Positions 39,701 to 54,700 of a stretch of DNA of 64,000 nt are shown here, one piece after another. Position 1 is the stretch's first letter; every line of letters starts with the position of its first letter. Below the pieces are notes generated by a model. It was not told the DNA's origin. It worked only from the letters and a program-made list of their open reading frames with translations, and searched no databases. The translations under genes were made by a program, and so were the position numbers. This DNA comes from Azolla caroliniana (Eukaryota; Plantae; Polypodiophyta): positions 10,044,001 to 10,108,000 of the forward strand of contig JBHGNT010000013.1 in NCBI GenBank assembly GCA_043228905.1. Reading direction: 5' to 3'.

Positions 39701-42700
39701 GAGATTACATCTTAAAACCCAAAAGAGTTTCCTGAAATATTTCTAATCAATGCAGATTTGACATGGCAAAAGTCCTTGCAAAGAAGATGACAGTGCTCTA
39801 CAAACTTGCTAGGGAGCAACTTTCTAAGCAATATCATTATGACTTTGGTCTGAGGGCATTAAAATCTGTTTTAGTGATGGCTGGTGCTTTAAAACGTGGT
39901 TCACCTGACATGAGTGAGCAGCTTGTGCTGATGCGTGCCCTCCGTGATATGAACCTCCCAAAGTTTGTCTTTGAAGATGTACCATTATTTTTAGGCTTGA
40001 TCAATGATCTATTTCCAGGATTGGACTGCCCACGTGTCCGTTATCCACAACTGAATGATGTTGTGGAACAAGACTTAAAGGTTAATGTGAACTTCAATTT
40101 TTTAAAAATATGTCTACTTTGCTTGTGCAAATGATTTTTTTAATCATGAATATCTTGTGGGAAAGACTTGTGTTTGTCGAGAATCATGTTTTTGTTTGCA
40201 ATTTTGTACACGCTTCTATATTTTATCCTGTCAAAATGAAAACGAAATCTTGTTACCCTGTCACAGGAAAATGGATATCTTGTCATGGTAGGACCAAGTG
40301 AGCAAGTTGATAAAGTCATTCAACTTTATGAAACAATGCTTACTCGTCATACAACAATGGTAGTCGGACCAACAGGTGGAGGAAAGAGTGTAATAATTCA
40401 AACACTGTCTCGTGCACAAACAAAGATGGGGTACCCTACAAAGCTTTTCATTATAAATCCCAAGGCACAGCCAACAAGTGAACTATATGGCTTGATGGGT
40501 AAGTTTTTCTTTCTTACTTTCCAAAAAAGATTGGGTGTGTGTCTCCCTCAATTTTGTTTTCTTGGTTTTTTCTTTGGACCATTGTCTCTACTCAAGCATG
40601 CTGTTTAACACTAGTCAACCGTAGGTACAAGAACGGAAGCACAATTCTTCTTGGGAGAGGAAAGGGCGGCATATAAATGATCATGATCCAAAACATATGT
40701 AGGAGTAAAAGTCACAGGGCCTCGCTTCTGCTTATGTGCATATGCTCGAATTTCTAGTGGATATGGAGCCCTTGATGCTCTTGAAAGACAATTGACTCAT
40801 TTACAGTTCCAACAACCACGAACTAAATTGTGGCTATTTGATACTCTTGCCAGACTGATCCTTATAGTAGAAACCTGGGCACCAATTCTTAGCAAGGCAA
40901 ATAACTAGAAAGATTTAGAGATACCTTTGATTTTAATGATTGCTCGCATGGTAAGGACCAAAGCATTGGTGCCCATTACATAATCCAGATGGAGATGGGA
41001 GTAGCCCCAATATCACTGGTGCATTATTCTGATCAGTGACCAGTATCCAACGGCTTTAGAATCCTTCAAAATTTCAAATTTCAAAATAACTTTCTGAACG
41101 AGGAGATGATCATTGTTGGTATGCTGAAATGCAAGAATGGTTTGAGTCACATGGCATAAGGATAAATGCACCACCCTTATTCTGATATAGCTTGGATTTT
41201 CCCCATCTAAGCATAACCAAAGTGGGAAAAGATACCATCAACTTGGATAACAGAAGAAAAGAACCCAAAAACATCTCTTGGTAGGAACGTGGCCCACTAT
41301 GAGGCACACATCTTACACATATCGGAGGATAGATTAATCATTACACCCTCTTATATGGACATACATCTATCATAAACTCTGTATGGTGTCTAATCATGGA
41401 TTGGAATCTGATGAACACTATTTTTGTCACTGTGTTGTTTTTCCTGAAATATGAGGCAGATAATGTTGCCACTTGAACCATGGATTTAGGCCACTATACA
41501 AGGTTATAGAATATGAGGACCGTTGGTGGTTGGGGCAGTTTCTACTAGAACTCAAGATACAAATGGAGCAGTTGTTACATGATAACATTACAACCACACA
41601 TGATCATCGACAAAGTATAATCATAACTTCCTTTAGCCCCTATCACACCTAGCTACAAGTCAATCAAGGGCGACACAAGTGGTCTCAGCCTCATGGACTC
41701 CGGTCTCACCAACCACCCTTGTCATCAACATACATATAAAGGACTTAATTCATGCCACTGTAGGTGCTTCCCTCGTGTTGGAGATCTCTCCATTTTGGAA
41801 GAGATCATTTAAACACAAAAATCACAATCTGACTTGAGAGAAATTTTCAATAAAAAGATTCTTTAGTCACGTTTTATTTTTATTTACTTGCTTCTTTACA
41901 TTCATTTGGTTTGTTCTCAAAGACGAGACAACATTTTAAGAGGTAGTATCTGGTTTGGGTTTATATGCCATTCTGGCCTCTTAAAAACATGTCAATATAT
42001 CTTTCTTCTTCCTTCTTTCTTGCTACCATCTTCTGCCAGATATCTTTGTCTATGTTGTATACTTCGTCACAGAGGCTTCACAGCTGGTACTAGAACCAAT
42101 AGCAGAGGAGGCTTCATTTCTGGGAACCTCCGTGCAAGCCTGAACTTGTCCCTTCAAGCAGATCTGGATAAGATTGGAATGAAAAGCAGATGCCCTGGGA
42201 TTTTATGCTACAGTGTTGGCCATTATCCCGATTTTTTCAATTGACCCTGCTACAGGGATAGAGATTCCTCAAAGTCAGAACATTTCCAAACCAAAAAAAC
42301 TGGAGGATTTATATTGTTTTTTCTTGTAACAAAGGTAATCGTGTACACTGATTTTATGCATTGCCTAAATGACAGAAGTTCGATTGGAGACGGTTTGGAG
42401 AAGATGTTATTCTAAGTTATTTGATATTTGTTGTTCGGGGAAGAAGTGGATTATAAGAAAATGGTTGACTCTGGTTGTCCTTGTTTTCCCAGAGCTTCTT
42501 CTAAGTTCTGCCCTCTGGTATCTGGAAGAGCATGGCAATGGGGAATTCCTGCTCCTCCTTTGTCTCAGTTCAGTTAGTTGACCACAGAAACAAGGTTTTG
42601 TACCTTCTATGGTGACTGTACATTCCATGAGAGGATGATTTGTTACTTGTAGACTTGGCGAGTATTTTCATTGTCATATTAATGGGTCATCAATGCAAGG

Positions 42701-45700
42701 CTTGTTCCCGAAAGTCTGTCTTGGTGTGTTCTTGGGGCGATTTGCACGGCGTCATTTGACTAGTCAATAAGAACCTGAAGATGTATTCAACAATTCTGAA
42801 GGATTTTTGTACAAATAATAGAAAGTTCTGTTTAAAGAAAAACGGCTCAGGTGCAATTTCTGAAACCAAAATATATTACTGAACAGTAATACAGCATTTT
42901 TGTCTCTCCAAAATGCAAGATCTTGAGCATGAGTTGGGTGGTGAGCCGTTAGAAGATTATATTTGGCTGCATCGAATGTGTCTATGAGGACATTGAAGTC
43001 ACCATTACAACTTGTTGGAGTTCATGCTCATGCAAAAAGGAGATATTAAAAAGCTATTTTCAAGGTTTCCATTTTGCAGTGGCAGTACATCTGTATGGAT
43101 ACATATTTATAATGAAAGACTTTACAGGGCTGTTCTGCCATTATGCATAGAACATTTCTTGTTATAGTTGCTGGTACATAATTTCCATCAAACCTGTTAT
43201 ATCAGGCTCACTATATCTCAACTAACATATTTGTTGATTTATCATGTTTTGTATTTCTGTTCTTCATTATTTCCTGACGCTTAGTCATAATATATTTCTT
43301 TTCTAAAAAAGGATAACTGCTCCAGGCTTGGATGCTATTTATTTTGTTTATGTAATTCGATGGAGATGCTTGTTATTCTTTATCCTGATTTTGAAAATAA
43401 GAGATAAAAAATGCATGCTTATATTACCCACTGGGTTCTGACAGATCCTGATACTCGCGATTGGACTGATGGTTTATTGTCGAATATATTTCGGGAGATG
43501 AATAAACCCCTTCCAAGTGATAAAAACGATAAAAATTATCTTGTGTTTGACGGTGACGTAGATGCACTTTGGGTAGAAGACATGAATAGTGTAATGGACG
43601 ATAACAAGCTTCTTACACTCCCAAATGGGGAGAGAATACGCTTGCAAAGTCATTGCAATCTTCTGTTTGAAGTAAGATTTTTTTTTGAACTAGAAAAGAC
43701 TAATTAATTTGTTAAAATAAAAAGAAATGTCATGACTCATCATTAGTAATATTCAAATTACTTCAGGTGGCAGACCTACAGTATGCTTCCCCAGCAACAG
43801 TTAGTAGATGTGGAATGGTTTTTATTGACAACAAGAATCTGGGCTACCATCCTTATATTTGGAAATGGTGTAATACAAGGACAGGGTAAAATAATAACCA
43901 CAGACCATTAAGAGTTCAATATAATCATCTAAAGTAGGTTTTGAACATATTCGTCAGTGACAATATTATTCTTTTTAAGTAATTACAATAAATCCTTAAA
44001 AATAAACTGCCCAACAATATTGTTTCCAGGTTAGATTAAGAATTTTTTACTCCACATTCATCTCTATTCTCAATTATAGTCCTTACCAACCAGGAGGCTG
44101 TGTGTATAATTAATACAACCATGGTCGATGGGTTTTTAACTCATTTTCTGCACTGAAGCATTGTAAACATCTATAATCTCAAACCTGGGCTGGTACTATT
44201 ACAAGTATTTTATTACTCTCAACTCCTATAGGCTACACAGACATCACCTAGACATTTTAGAAGCCACAAACTAAGGGGTGACATTTCAACATTATACCAA
44301 GTCATGCGATGATTTATGCTTCTCCAGCCTACTACAAGGAGAATCAGCACCGTCTTCACACCAGAGATCTCAGTAATATAAAAGGATTAACTATTTCATT
44401 TGGCCAATCACTCATATTGGGCTTCAGTGGTTCTTAAGCTCATCACACTGTCGATCATTCCACTTCTCGTTGGTGTAGCTTAAAGCTGCTGTCTCTCTCA
44501 AGCGGTGTTCTTGGTTGCATGTTGCATATACACCTGGCTTACATGCATGTAGGGTTGCCTGGCAGGATTGTATTAAGAGCAATGACTGGTTAATATTCTC
44601 CACTTAAGAGGATGCAAGTATGTCCGTGCTGACTTTGACAAATGATCCCGAGACACATTTAACATGTTAACTTCATGTTTCCTGAATTTCAGATGAGCTT
44701 TTCTAATTTAGTTAGATTTTGTGTTCCCAAATGTGAAACCAAATTTTAAGATGTAATCTATAGTTCTTTCTCCTAGAGATTTTCTGTCTGATGTTAATGT
44801 AGCTTTCTTTCTTTATTTGTTGTCAACCAGCTCACAGATACAATACACATATTCCACAATTTCGTATAACATTTTATGATATTTGACATTGGTGGTCACC
44901 AATCTTACCCTATACAATTTACCTTGGTGCAAATTTAGATATCTTGGTATACTTGTATTTATTGTAGTAGAAATGTATGATCGTTATATTAATGAGACAC
45001 CACAATACACAGCTGAAGGTTATAGATAAAGAGGGTACAGCTGATGAAATATATGATTAAATGTAAAATGGACACTTTGATGTCATGCTGACATGACATA
45101 TGTTATGGAATATTCTATGGCTAAAGAAGTTAATCTTTCTTTTATCACTTAAAGAGAGGAGGCTGGGTGGCTACGAGAGCTAATGGAAAAGTATGTGAAT
45201 AAATGTGTGGATTACATCCTGGAAGGAATCATAGACAATGAAATAACCACACCACTACTCCAAACTGTTCCTCGCACCAACCTAAACCTAGTTATGCAGC
45301 TATGTTCTCTTATCGAGGCAGTTTTAAGTGGTGAACAAAAGGTTTCTTCAATGCAGGTAAGGCAGCAATTGCACCACAGGATTCATTTTGCTTCATTTCA
45401 TTCATATATGAAGCATGTGTGCTTTTTGGCAAATAACAGACCTTGGAAGCAGTTTTTATTTTTTGTCTAATTTGGTCCCTTGGGGGAGCAATTGTCCAAA
45501 CATTAAATATCCAAGGTCGCTCTCGGTTTGATAAGTTTGTGAAGGACATTGCTGGTCTTCCATTAAGTACTGGTGACCCATTGCCACCAAACCAATTGCC
45601 AAGTGAATTGCTCTACGATTACTACTTCAATATTATTGATCTCAAGTGGTGCTCATGGAACTCTATGGTTCCTGAATTTCAAGTAAGTCTTGGCACTATT

Positions 45701-48700
45701 CTGTCTCTTCTTTGTGAGAAATCCAGGATATTTTCAGCATTATGAAATGATAACTTACTGAAGAACATATTTCTCGTTGTTTCAGCCACCACCTGATCGT
45801 TTATTTAGCAGTATTTTGGTGCCAACTATTGACACTGTTCGTTCTACATGGATTCTTAAAACCTTAATTCAGGTAAATACACTCTGGTAATACATGAAAC
45901 CAGAAGCTCAATTTAATCTCTCATTTCAACTTTACCGTGGATCCGTTTTTGTACATATCCACAAGTATAAGTAGTAATAATCAAATTTTTGTGTATTAAA
46001 CATCCTCACCTGTCTTGTGTGGAAAAACTGCCATCCATGACCTTGTAAAAGAATTCTCCACCACAAGCAGGATATGAATATCCCTTTCTATTAGGTTCAA
46101 TATTGCATCTCCCAGCTTTAGTAGCATGAAATTACATGGTCTGTGTGATAGTACACTATAGGAGAACATGCATCTAATCCACAGGTCTAATCCCATTCAA
46201 AACTGCCATAACTACTATCAACGTCCAATTAAAATAAAGTTAAAACCAGTTCTCTCAATATGGCCAGTGTGCGCTTTCAGAAGATTTTGAGTAACAAGGT
46301 TTTTCCTAAGGCCTTGTGGAGTCAAACGTATGTGGACATATGGAGGCCATAACTGATCTGCTTGTGGTAGTCTTGATTTTAAGTAGTCACATTTAATAAG
46401 GCCTCACAAATAACTACTCACATAATAGTCACACTAGAGACTTGGCCTATTGCTTTAGCAAAAGGTTAATTGTAATAAACCGCTAAAATTCAATTTCTCC
46501 CCAACAGGTTGGAAAGCCAGTGCTATTCGTTGGAGAGAGTGGAACAGCAAAATCTGTTGCAATCCAGAAATATTTAGGTAGTTTGCCAGTTGCAGAAAAT
46601 CTTATCCTAAATGTGAATTTTAGTAGCCGCACAACATCAATGGATGTTCAACTAACAATTGAGGATTCTATAGAGAAACGAACCAAGGTATGGCAATCAT
46701 TTGATGAGTATATCGTACCCTCATTGCATTATTTGCCAATGGGAATGATATACTCTTTTAAGTCAATAGTCTTTATTTATAGTACACACTAGGATGATAA
46801 GAATAGTTTTTTATATGGTTTACTATGTTGATTTGAAGGATGTTTATGGACCTCCTCTAGGAAGACAAATGATACTATTTATTGATGATTTGAATATGCC
46901 TAAAGTGGATACTTATGGTACTCAGCAACCTATTGCATTCCTAAAATTGCTTATCGAACGTGGAGGATTTTATGATAGAGGGTAAGTAAAGAGACAAGCT
47001 TTCTTGCTGGTAGGATCTTGAACTGTATAACTAAAATAACAGTCTGCTTTTCTCTTGTCATCTAGCAAAATATTATGAAAATGCTTAGGCTCTTTATCTA
47101 CCATAGTAAATCATGTATTGAGTAAAATAAAATTATCTCCTCAGAAAAGAGCTAAACTGGAAGAATATAAAAGATGTGAAGTTTGTCAGTGCCATGGGCC
47201 GACCAGGTGGAGCAAGAAATAATGTGGATCCTCGATTCATTTCACTTTATTCTACTTTTGAAATCCAGTTTCCAGCTACAGCATCTCTGTTTCACATTTA
47301 TAACTCAATTTTATCAGTTCACGTCAAAAGTCTGGCAACAGAAATACATGTATCTCTCCTACCTTTCACACTATTTATAGAAAAAAGAGCTCATTAGTAA
47401 CAACAGCGATAGAACCAAAAAAACATATTTTATAATCATTCATGCCAAAACAATTTAAGAAAAATTACATGTAAGTGGAAGTTGTATGGATTGGAATATG
47501 TTCATCTAGAAGTTTTATGAAATAAATCTTGGGATTTTCATATGAATAGCCAATTCTGAGAATTAGTTGCCATATACGAGAAGAGACAAATTTATATTGT
47601 GTTATACTGTGGATAATTTGTTCCTATTTCCATGACCATGAGGATCCTGCCAATTGAAACTGTGGCATGGTTGATTGATAATGGTTGGTATGAGGGTATT
47701 ATGCATTTGTTACAACATGAAAGATTAGCATATCACTAGAATGTAGAGAGTTTGCCTCCTTCCCATTACCAAGCTCTCTACTGGACTCCTCTCCCTTCAT
47801 ATAGTACGGTTTGATCTCTTATAGAATGAACCTCAGGGTGTAAAGATGAGTGCAATGCTTTTAATAGAACCGCGACTATCAATCATGCTATGATATTGTA
47901 TGCTGGCATTTAATTTCTACAATCCCTAGTTTTATGTATGTTTGTTTAAAGTCAAAATGGACTTTGCTTTTGATAGACCAATTCCTATTTTTCTGGATAA
48001 GATAAAACAATATAGATTCCTTATTGTATAGTAATATTTCACTTCTATTTGTAGTATTCTTTGAAAACTTATAATCCCAGATTCATATTAGCTTATGAAG
48101 TTTAATTACTGCAGGATATTTCTGAAAGCATTACACAGATGATGCTTGATTTATATAACCATTTAGTTGAAGATCTTCCTCCAACTCCTGCAAAATTTCA
48201 TTACATATTCAATCTACGAGATTTAAGCCGTGTATTTGAAGGTTTAACACTCTCCACACCAGATACAATCAAAACATCAGCACAAATGCTCAGATTGTGG
48301 AGAAATGAGTGTCTGAGAGTTTTCCATGATCGACTTATCTCTCAAAGTGATAAGGATCTTGTGCAGGTTTCATTAGTTAACTTTAATTCAAATACCTTTG
48401 ACAAGAATAGTCGAATTTGAAATAATGCATCTTTACTGAGGAGCATTGTATTGTCACATTTCAGAAACACATATTGAACCTTCTGAATCAGAAACATGGC
48501 AGTGATTTGGAATATGTGAGTAAAGATCCAATCATATACGGAGACTACCGTAACATGCTACAGTTAGCTGAGGCTAGGCTTTATGAGGATCTCGGTGAAT
48601 ACAGCAATATTAAAATATTGTTTGAAGAGATCCTTGATGAGTACAATGCGACCAATAAGAAAATGAATCTAGTGATGTTTGACGATGCTCTTGAACATGT

Positions 48701-51700
48701 AACTCGTATCCACAGGATTATGCGCCTAGATCAGGTAAAGCAAACATTTAAGATTCTTAATTTACTCTAATAACAAAGTGCGGCATTAAGAGCATTTGAA
48801 ACCATTTGAATTTGATGAACAATACATTTTTACAAAGATATAAAAGTTAATAACATTATACACACTTTTTTCAGGGAAATGCCCTCTTGGTAGGAGTAGG
48901 AGGAAGTGGGAAAAAGAGTTTGTCTAAGCTAGCTGCATTTGCTGCTGGCTGCAAAGTGTTTGAGATCACATTGGCTCGTGGTTACAATGAAGAAACATTC
49001 CGAGAGGATCTGAAAAAACTATACAGCCTATTGGGGGTGGAGAATAGCCGTGTTGTTTTTCTATTTACAGATGCTCATGTTGTAGATGAAGGTTTCTTAG
49101 AGTTAGTCAATAACATGCTCACTTCTGGCATGGTACCGGCTCTTTTTAAAGAAGATGAGAAGGATGCATTGATTGGCCAGGTATAGTTAAGAGTAGAGTT
49201 CAGGATACTATCATTTCTGTAATATCTTTTAGGTAATAGAATCGTAGTACTATAATAAGCTGTACTGTGTGATGAAATGTCACAAGACAAAATCTGGTTT
49301 GGCAATTCATTATTTATAGGAGTCAGAGAAAAAAGCATGGATATGCTCCTCATTTTCCGAACAAGAAACATGAAAATTGCCAGATGAAATTCTGATTGTG
49401 AATATGTGTCATAGAGCTAGTGTTGTGAAAATAATTTTGGATAATTATATTTCCGAAGAGGACTGTTTAAGTGTCCTTACTATCCCGTTTAAATGATCAA
49501 ATGAAGTATGTTGATGTGAGAAAAGGATGCAAATGAAAATGGTTGTCTAATATGCAGATAAGAGACCAAGTCATAGCAGATGGTATCGTCGATACAAAAG
49601 AGAGCTGCTGGAGCTACTTCATCAAAAGGTGTCGTAGCAACCTCCATGTTGTATTGGCCATGTCACCAGTAGGTGACATGCTTAGAGCTCGCTGCAGAAA
49701 CTTTCCTGGAATGGTAAATATTTTAAAACATTGAAATTGATGTGTTATTACTAATACCAAATATTCATCACTTCCAAACAAAAAGACTTTTTCAATGTAT
49801 AAAACCAGACATTATTTGCTAATGCTCATGTGAGAGTTAATCATGAATGATAAACAGGTAAATAACTGTGTTATTGATTGGCTCACGACATGGCCAGAGG
49901 AGGCTTTGCACTCAGTTGCCTCTGTGTTCTTGGATGAAGTTGATATTCCTAATTCCATGAGAGAATCAATTGTCAAACACATGGTTATGGTTCATACAAC
50001 AGTTTCATCAGAATCAGTTGAATTCAAGCAGAAACTTAGACGTCATAATTATGTGACTCCCAAAAATTTTCTTGACTTCATTATGAATTACCGTGATTCA
50101 CTTGCTTCGTGTCGTAAAAATAATTCTGACATGTCAGCACGGCTCTCTGGAGGGCTTGGAAAACTTATTCAAGCTAAGCAAGAGGTGGCGGAAATGCAGG
50201 TACTGTGTGCATTTCACATTGAAGAGAATGTTAACTAAGTCATATTGTGGAGCAATGGCTTGGATGATAGACAAAAGGATGGGTTCTAACACTACTATCT
50301 AGCATAAATCATAAGATTGGTAAATAAATAATCCTTCAATATTTGGTTTTCTTTTAGGTCACCCTCGCTGAAGCAAAAATCATTGTAGATGCAAAGACAG
50401 CTGAATGCAATCAATTGCTTGATGTAATCAGGTATTATTTCACATATCGCAATTTCTTAATATGTTTTCTTACTACCCCAAGAAATAGAAGTAACTAGCT
50501 ATAGCAAAATGGTGAAGATATAGAAAATAAAGAAAGAAATATATATTAACGTCCATTAAGAGGCAAAAGGGCCTATAAGACCAAACAAGAGATTACGCCT
50601 TGAAATGTTGTGTCATCTTGTAGTATGAGTAGGAAAGAAAGTTGTGATTGTTCTTTGATCATGAGCGTGCGTGGTTGTATTGTTGTCCTTGAACAACTTC
50701 TTTGTAAGTGTTTTGTGTTGAAGGAAGAAAAGTCCGAACCTCCATCAATCATATTCCATTACCTTACGTAGTGAGCCAATTCTTGGTTAAAGAGGCAATG
50801 TTATCTCCCTCGCATTTAATTAAAAACAGTATAGTGGTAATGGATATCACCCTCTGATGACATAATTGGCAGATTCTTTCTTCTAGAGGTGTCTGTGCAT
50901 ATCTACCTACTTCAATCGCCAACTGATGCGATGGGGTTCACAGTTGCTTTGTCACACTGACAACACATGCGATAGATGTATATTCATATAAGATGGCCTG
51001 ATGATGAACTTATCCTCCAACGTGTGTCAAGCATGTGCTTTATAGTATACCAAGAGATGTTGTGGGTAGATCCATGTTCTTCTGTTATCCAGTTCAGATC
51101 ACTCTATCCTTTTTCACTTTGGTCATGTTTTGTTGGGAACAATCCAAGCTATATTGGAACAAAGGTAGTGCATTTATGCTTATGCCATGTGACTCAAACC
51201 ATTCTTACGTTTCAGCATATCATCAATGATTGTTTTGGTGACATGATTGCCAACCTTGAGTACCTTTGTTTATAAAGCTCTTAAACCTGTGGGATTATTC
51301 CGGTCACTGATTGGGATAATGAATTCAGTGATTATTGAGACTGCTCCCATCTCTGCCTGAATTATATCAAGGGGTACCAATGCTATATTTCTTATCATGC
51401 GTATTATTGAGAGTAAAGGTCTTTCTAAATCTCTCCAGTTATTTTCCTTGTGAATGCTTGGTCCCCAAGTTTCTATTCTGTAGAGAAGAATCAGTTGACA
51501 AGTGTATCAAATAGCCACAATTTAGTTTGTGCTCTTGGAGTTGTGTATGTGCACGTTTTCTGTCAAGAGCACCGAGGGCTGCATACCCATGTGAAAATCA
51601 AGCATAGACAGCCTCACAAAAGAACAGCCGAGCCCTGTGAGTGTTACTCCTAGGTATGCATCGGATCATGTGTATGGCATCTTTTCCTTTTCCAAGAAGA

Positions 51701-54700
51701 GTTCTGGTTCTGATCTTATTACCTACGCTTGAGTGGTGTTAAATACAATCACTTCAGTTTTATCTAGGTTTAGCCATACCTCATCTATGTAGAGACCAAA
51801 GAGACTGGGCGATAATGGGCATCCTTATTTCACCCCAATTGTTCTAGCCACAGCCTCTGACAACACATTAGGAGATCACAGTTCTCCTGACACGGATTCA
51901 TGCAATGCATAGTTTCGCCATTGCATATCTATGGACAGCATCAATATGGTGTCAACAGCTTTTCAGAAATCCAATAAAGCAGCAATAAATCCTTTTTATG
52001 GGCTCTGCCCTTCTTGATAAGGGATTCGATGGTCAATATGTGATCCAAAGTTGTGAACCCCTTTTAAAATCTTGCCTTTCCAGCTGAACAGCATCTGTTC
52101 CTCTTCGCTTATGCACTTAATTAATTAATTTATTTTTTGCATCCATAAAGAGGTCTATATTGACCCATGGGACCTGAGTAGACAAGTTTTCTTGATGTGT
52201 GTCTCCGTTAAAGGGATACTCATATTTCGAAGCACAAAGTCTCTAGGATTGACCCATGTAGTTTAGCCAAGTAGTTCTTACGTAGCGCATGGGATGACCA
52301 TATATAATTCGTATCTATGTATAATGTGTATCCATATATAATGCCTATCTATATCCATAAAGCTCCTCTTTGTAAAATGCAACCACTCCGCTGGAGTCTT
52401 TAGTGCTTCTTGGTATCCATGGGTAGGGACAACATATTAGCAGCCATCTATATCCTTGTGCATTAGGGTTTCAACCATGTTAGGGTTTCTGCTTAATAAA
52501 AGAAGTAATCTGAATTGGCGATCTAATGGTATTTGATGTCATCATTATTCAGTATCCCTCTATGAGGATAATGATATCACATGTGAAGAGTCAACATGCT
52601 AAGCATAATTAAATGGTCCCTTTCTATAATTTTAAAGCATTTTATTGGAACCAAGAATGTCTATTAGAATTTAGGGCTATATATATGGTTTGAAATGCCA
52701 TGTAGTAACAAGATCTTTATATGTGACACAGCCAAAGTACAGCGGAGGTGCAATTAAAACAAAATTTTGCACAAGAAAAGCAATCAGATCTTGAAAGACA
52801 GAGTGAAGTAATTGGCAGAGAAAAAGTAGAGGCTGAGCAAGCATTAGAAGATGCACTTCCAGCTTTAGAGGCAGCAGCTGAGGCGTTAAACAATCTTAAG
52901 AAGGATGAAATCACAGAGATCCGATCATTTGCAAAGCCCCACATTCTAGTCCAAAAGGTTCCTAATTAAATTGGACGTGTTTGGATGCCAGCTGCATTTG
53001 ACTGTATGAATGAGCTAAAAATTTTATGGTATAATTTCAGGTTTGTGAATGCGTAGTAATATTAAGGGGCATTAAAGACGTGTCCTGGAAGGGTGCAAAG
53101 GCAATGATGGCAGACAATCGATTTTTAGCAACCTTAATGGAATTTGATAAGGATGCAATAACTGACAAGCAGGTTGTATTTCAATTCAAAATGGCTGTTC
53201 TTTTCAAATGTAAAAACAAACCGAACATTTAAATGCAAGATAATCATCTTAATTGCCTTCATAGGTTGCTGTGTTAGTTGACTTTCTTGTTTGGATACTT
53301 AATTTCTAATTTCGTATGAATCAGATAAGAGCTCTAAAGGAATATTTTAAAGATCCAAAACTCACAGTAGATGAATTGATGAACATATCAACGGCTGGAG
53401 CTGGACTCTTGCGCTGGGTTACAGCGATGATGAACTATAACAATATTGCAAAGGTGGTAATGCCGAAACGTTTAGCTGTAGCTACAGCTGAGAAAAATCT
53501 TAAAAATGCAAAAAGTGAGCTGGAAAAAATTCAACAAGAGGTAAATTTTCTGAAGAGAAGTATTGGTACACTGGAACTCTTAAATACTTTACAACGGTAT
53601 TCAGAACCATAAAATTGACAGTAAATCAATGTGATTTATTCCAGATACAAGACCTATCTAAGCAATTAGGGGTTTTACGAACTCAATTTGAAGCAAGCAC
53701 TGCAGAGCAACAAGATTTGAAGAGAAAAGCAGACCTCATGGAGAAGCGACTTGATGCAGCCTCACGGCTTATTGAAGGTCTGGCATCTGAGCACCAGAGA
53801 TGGTCAAAAGAAGTTGAGGAACTTTGTATTTCTCGTGAAAAACTTCTTGGGGACTGTTTGATTAGCTCAGCTTTCTTGAGGTACGCAAAATTTGCAAAAT
53901 TTACAGATAAGACGTTTTCATAGCATATTAATTTTGTTCATTGGATGACTCAGCTATGTTGGAGCATTCACAATTGACTTTCGAACACGGATGATACAAG
54001 ATGTTTGGCTTGTTAATATACAAAAGAACGAGATCCCAGTCAGCACTCCATTTCGATTGGAAGGATTGTTAACGGATGAAGTTGAAATCAGTAGATGGGT
54101 TAGCCAAGGGCTTCCATCTAATGAACTATCAATACAAAATGGCATCCTCACAACACGAGCATCAAGGTTTCCTTTGTGCATTGATCCTCAAATGCAGGTG
54201 AATACTTTTTCTATGGTTTAAGACTTCACCTTTTGTGTGGGTCTGAATATTGATGTCTTAGTTTCTATCATCTTTAACACCTGACAGGTATAATCCACAT
54301 GAAGAATTACTAACGCGACTAAACCCCCTGTAGAACACTCATAATAAAAATTAAGCTAAATTTGAGGCTAAACTCATGCTTGATTTTATCCGTGCAAAAT
54401 ATTCACATTATGGATCAGGCGAGGTTGGAATTGAAGATCAGCTCTATCTACTTGATCTTCTTTGCCCTCAGTTAATGCTTCCACTGGAAAGCAAGAAAGA
54501 ATGAAATGTTTCATGTGTTTTAAGAGGCCAAACTGTCCTACAAAACCAAAATTATAAGTTTCCAAGAAATTCAACAAATCTCATTTATTGTATGGCCAAG
54601 AATCCATCCAATGACATCCAATACTATTTGAAGTGCCAGATAATTGTAACTGTAGATCCAACTATCAATATATGTTGATATAGTATGGCCATGCCAGTGA

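Noticed and set aside
39035-39762. Alternative AT-AC boundaries for intron 40
   Set aside because: They would shift the frame and lack ATATCCT; GT-AG keeps the frame.
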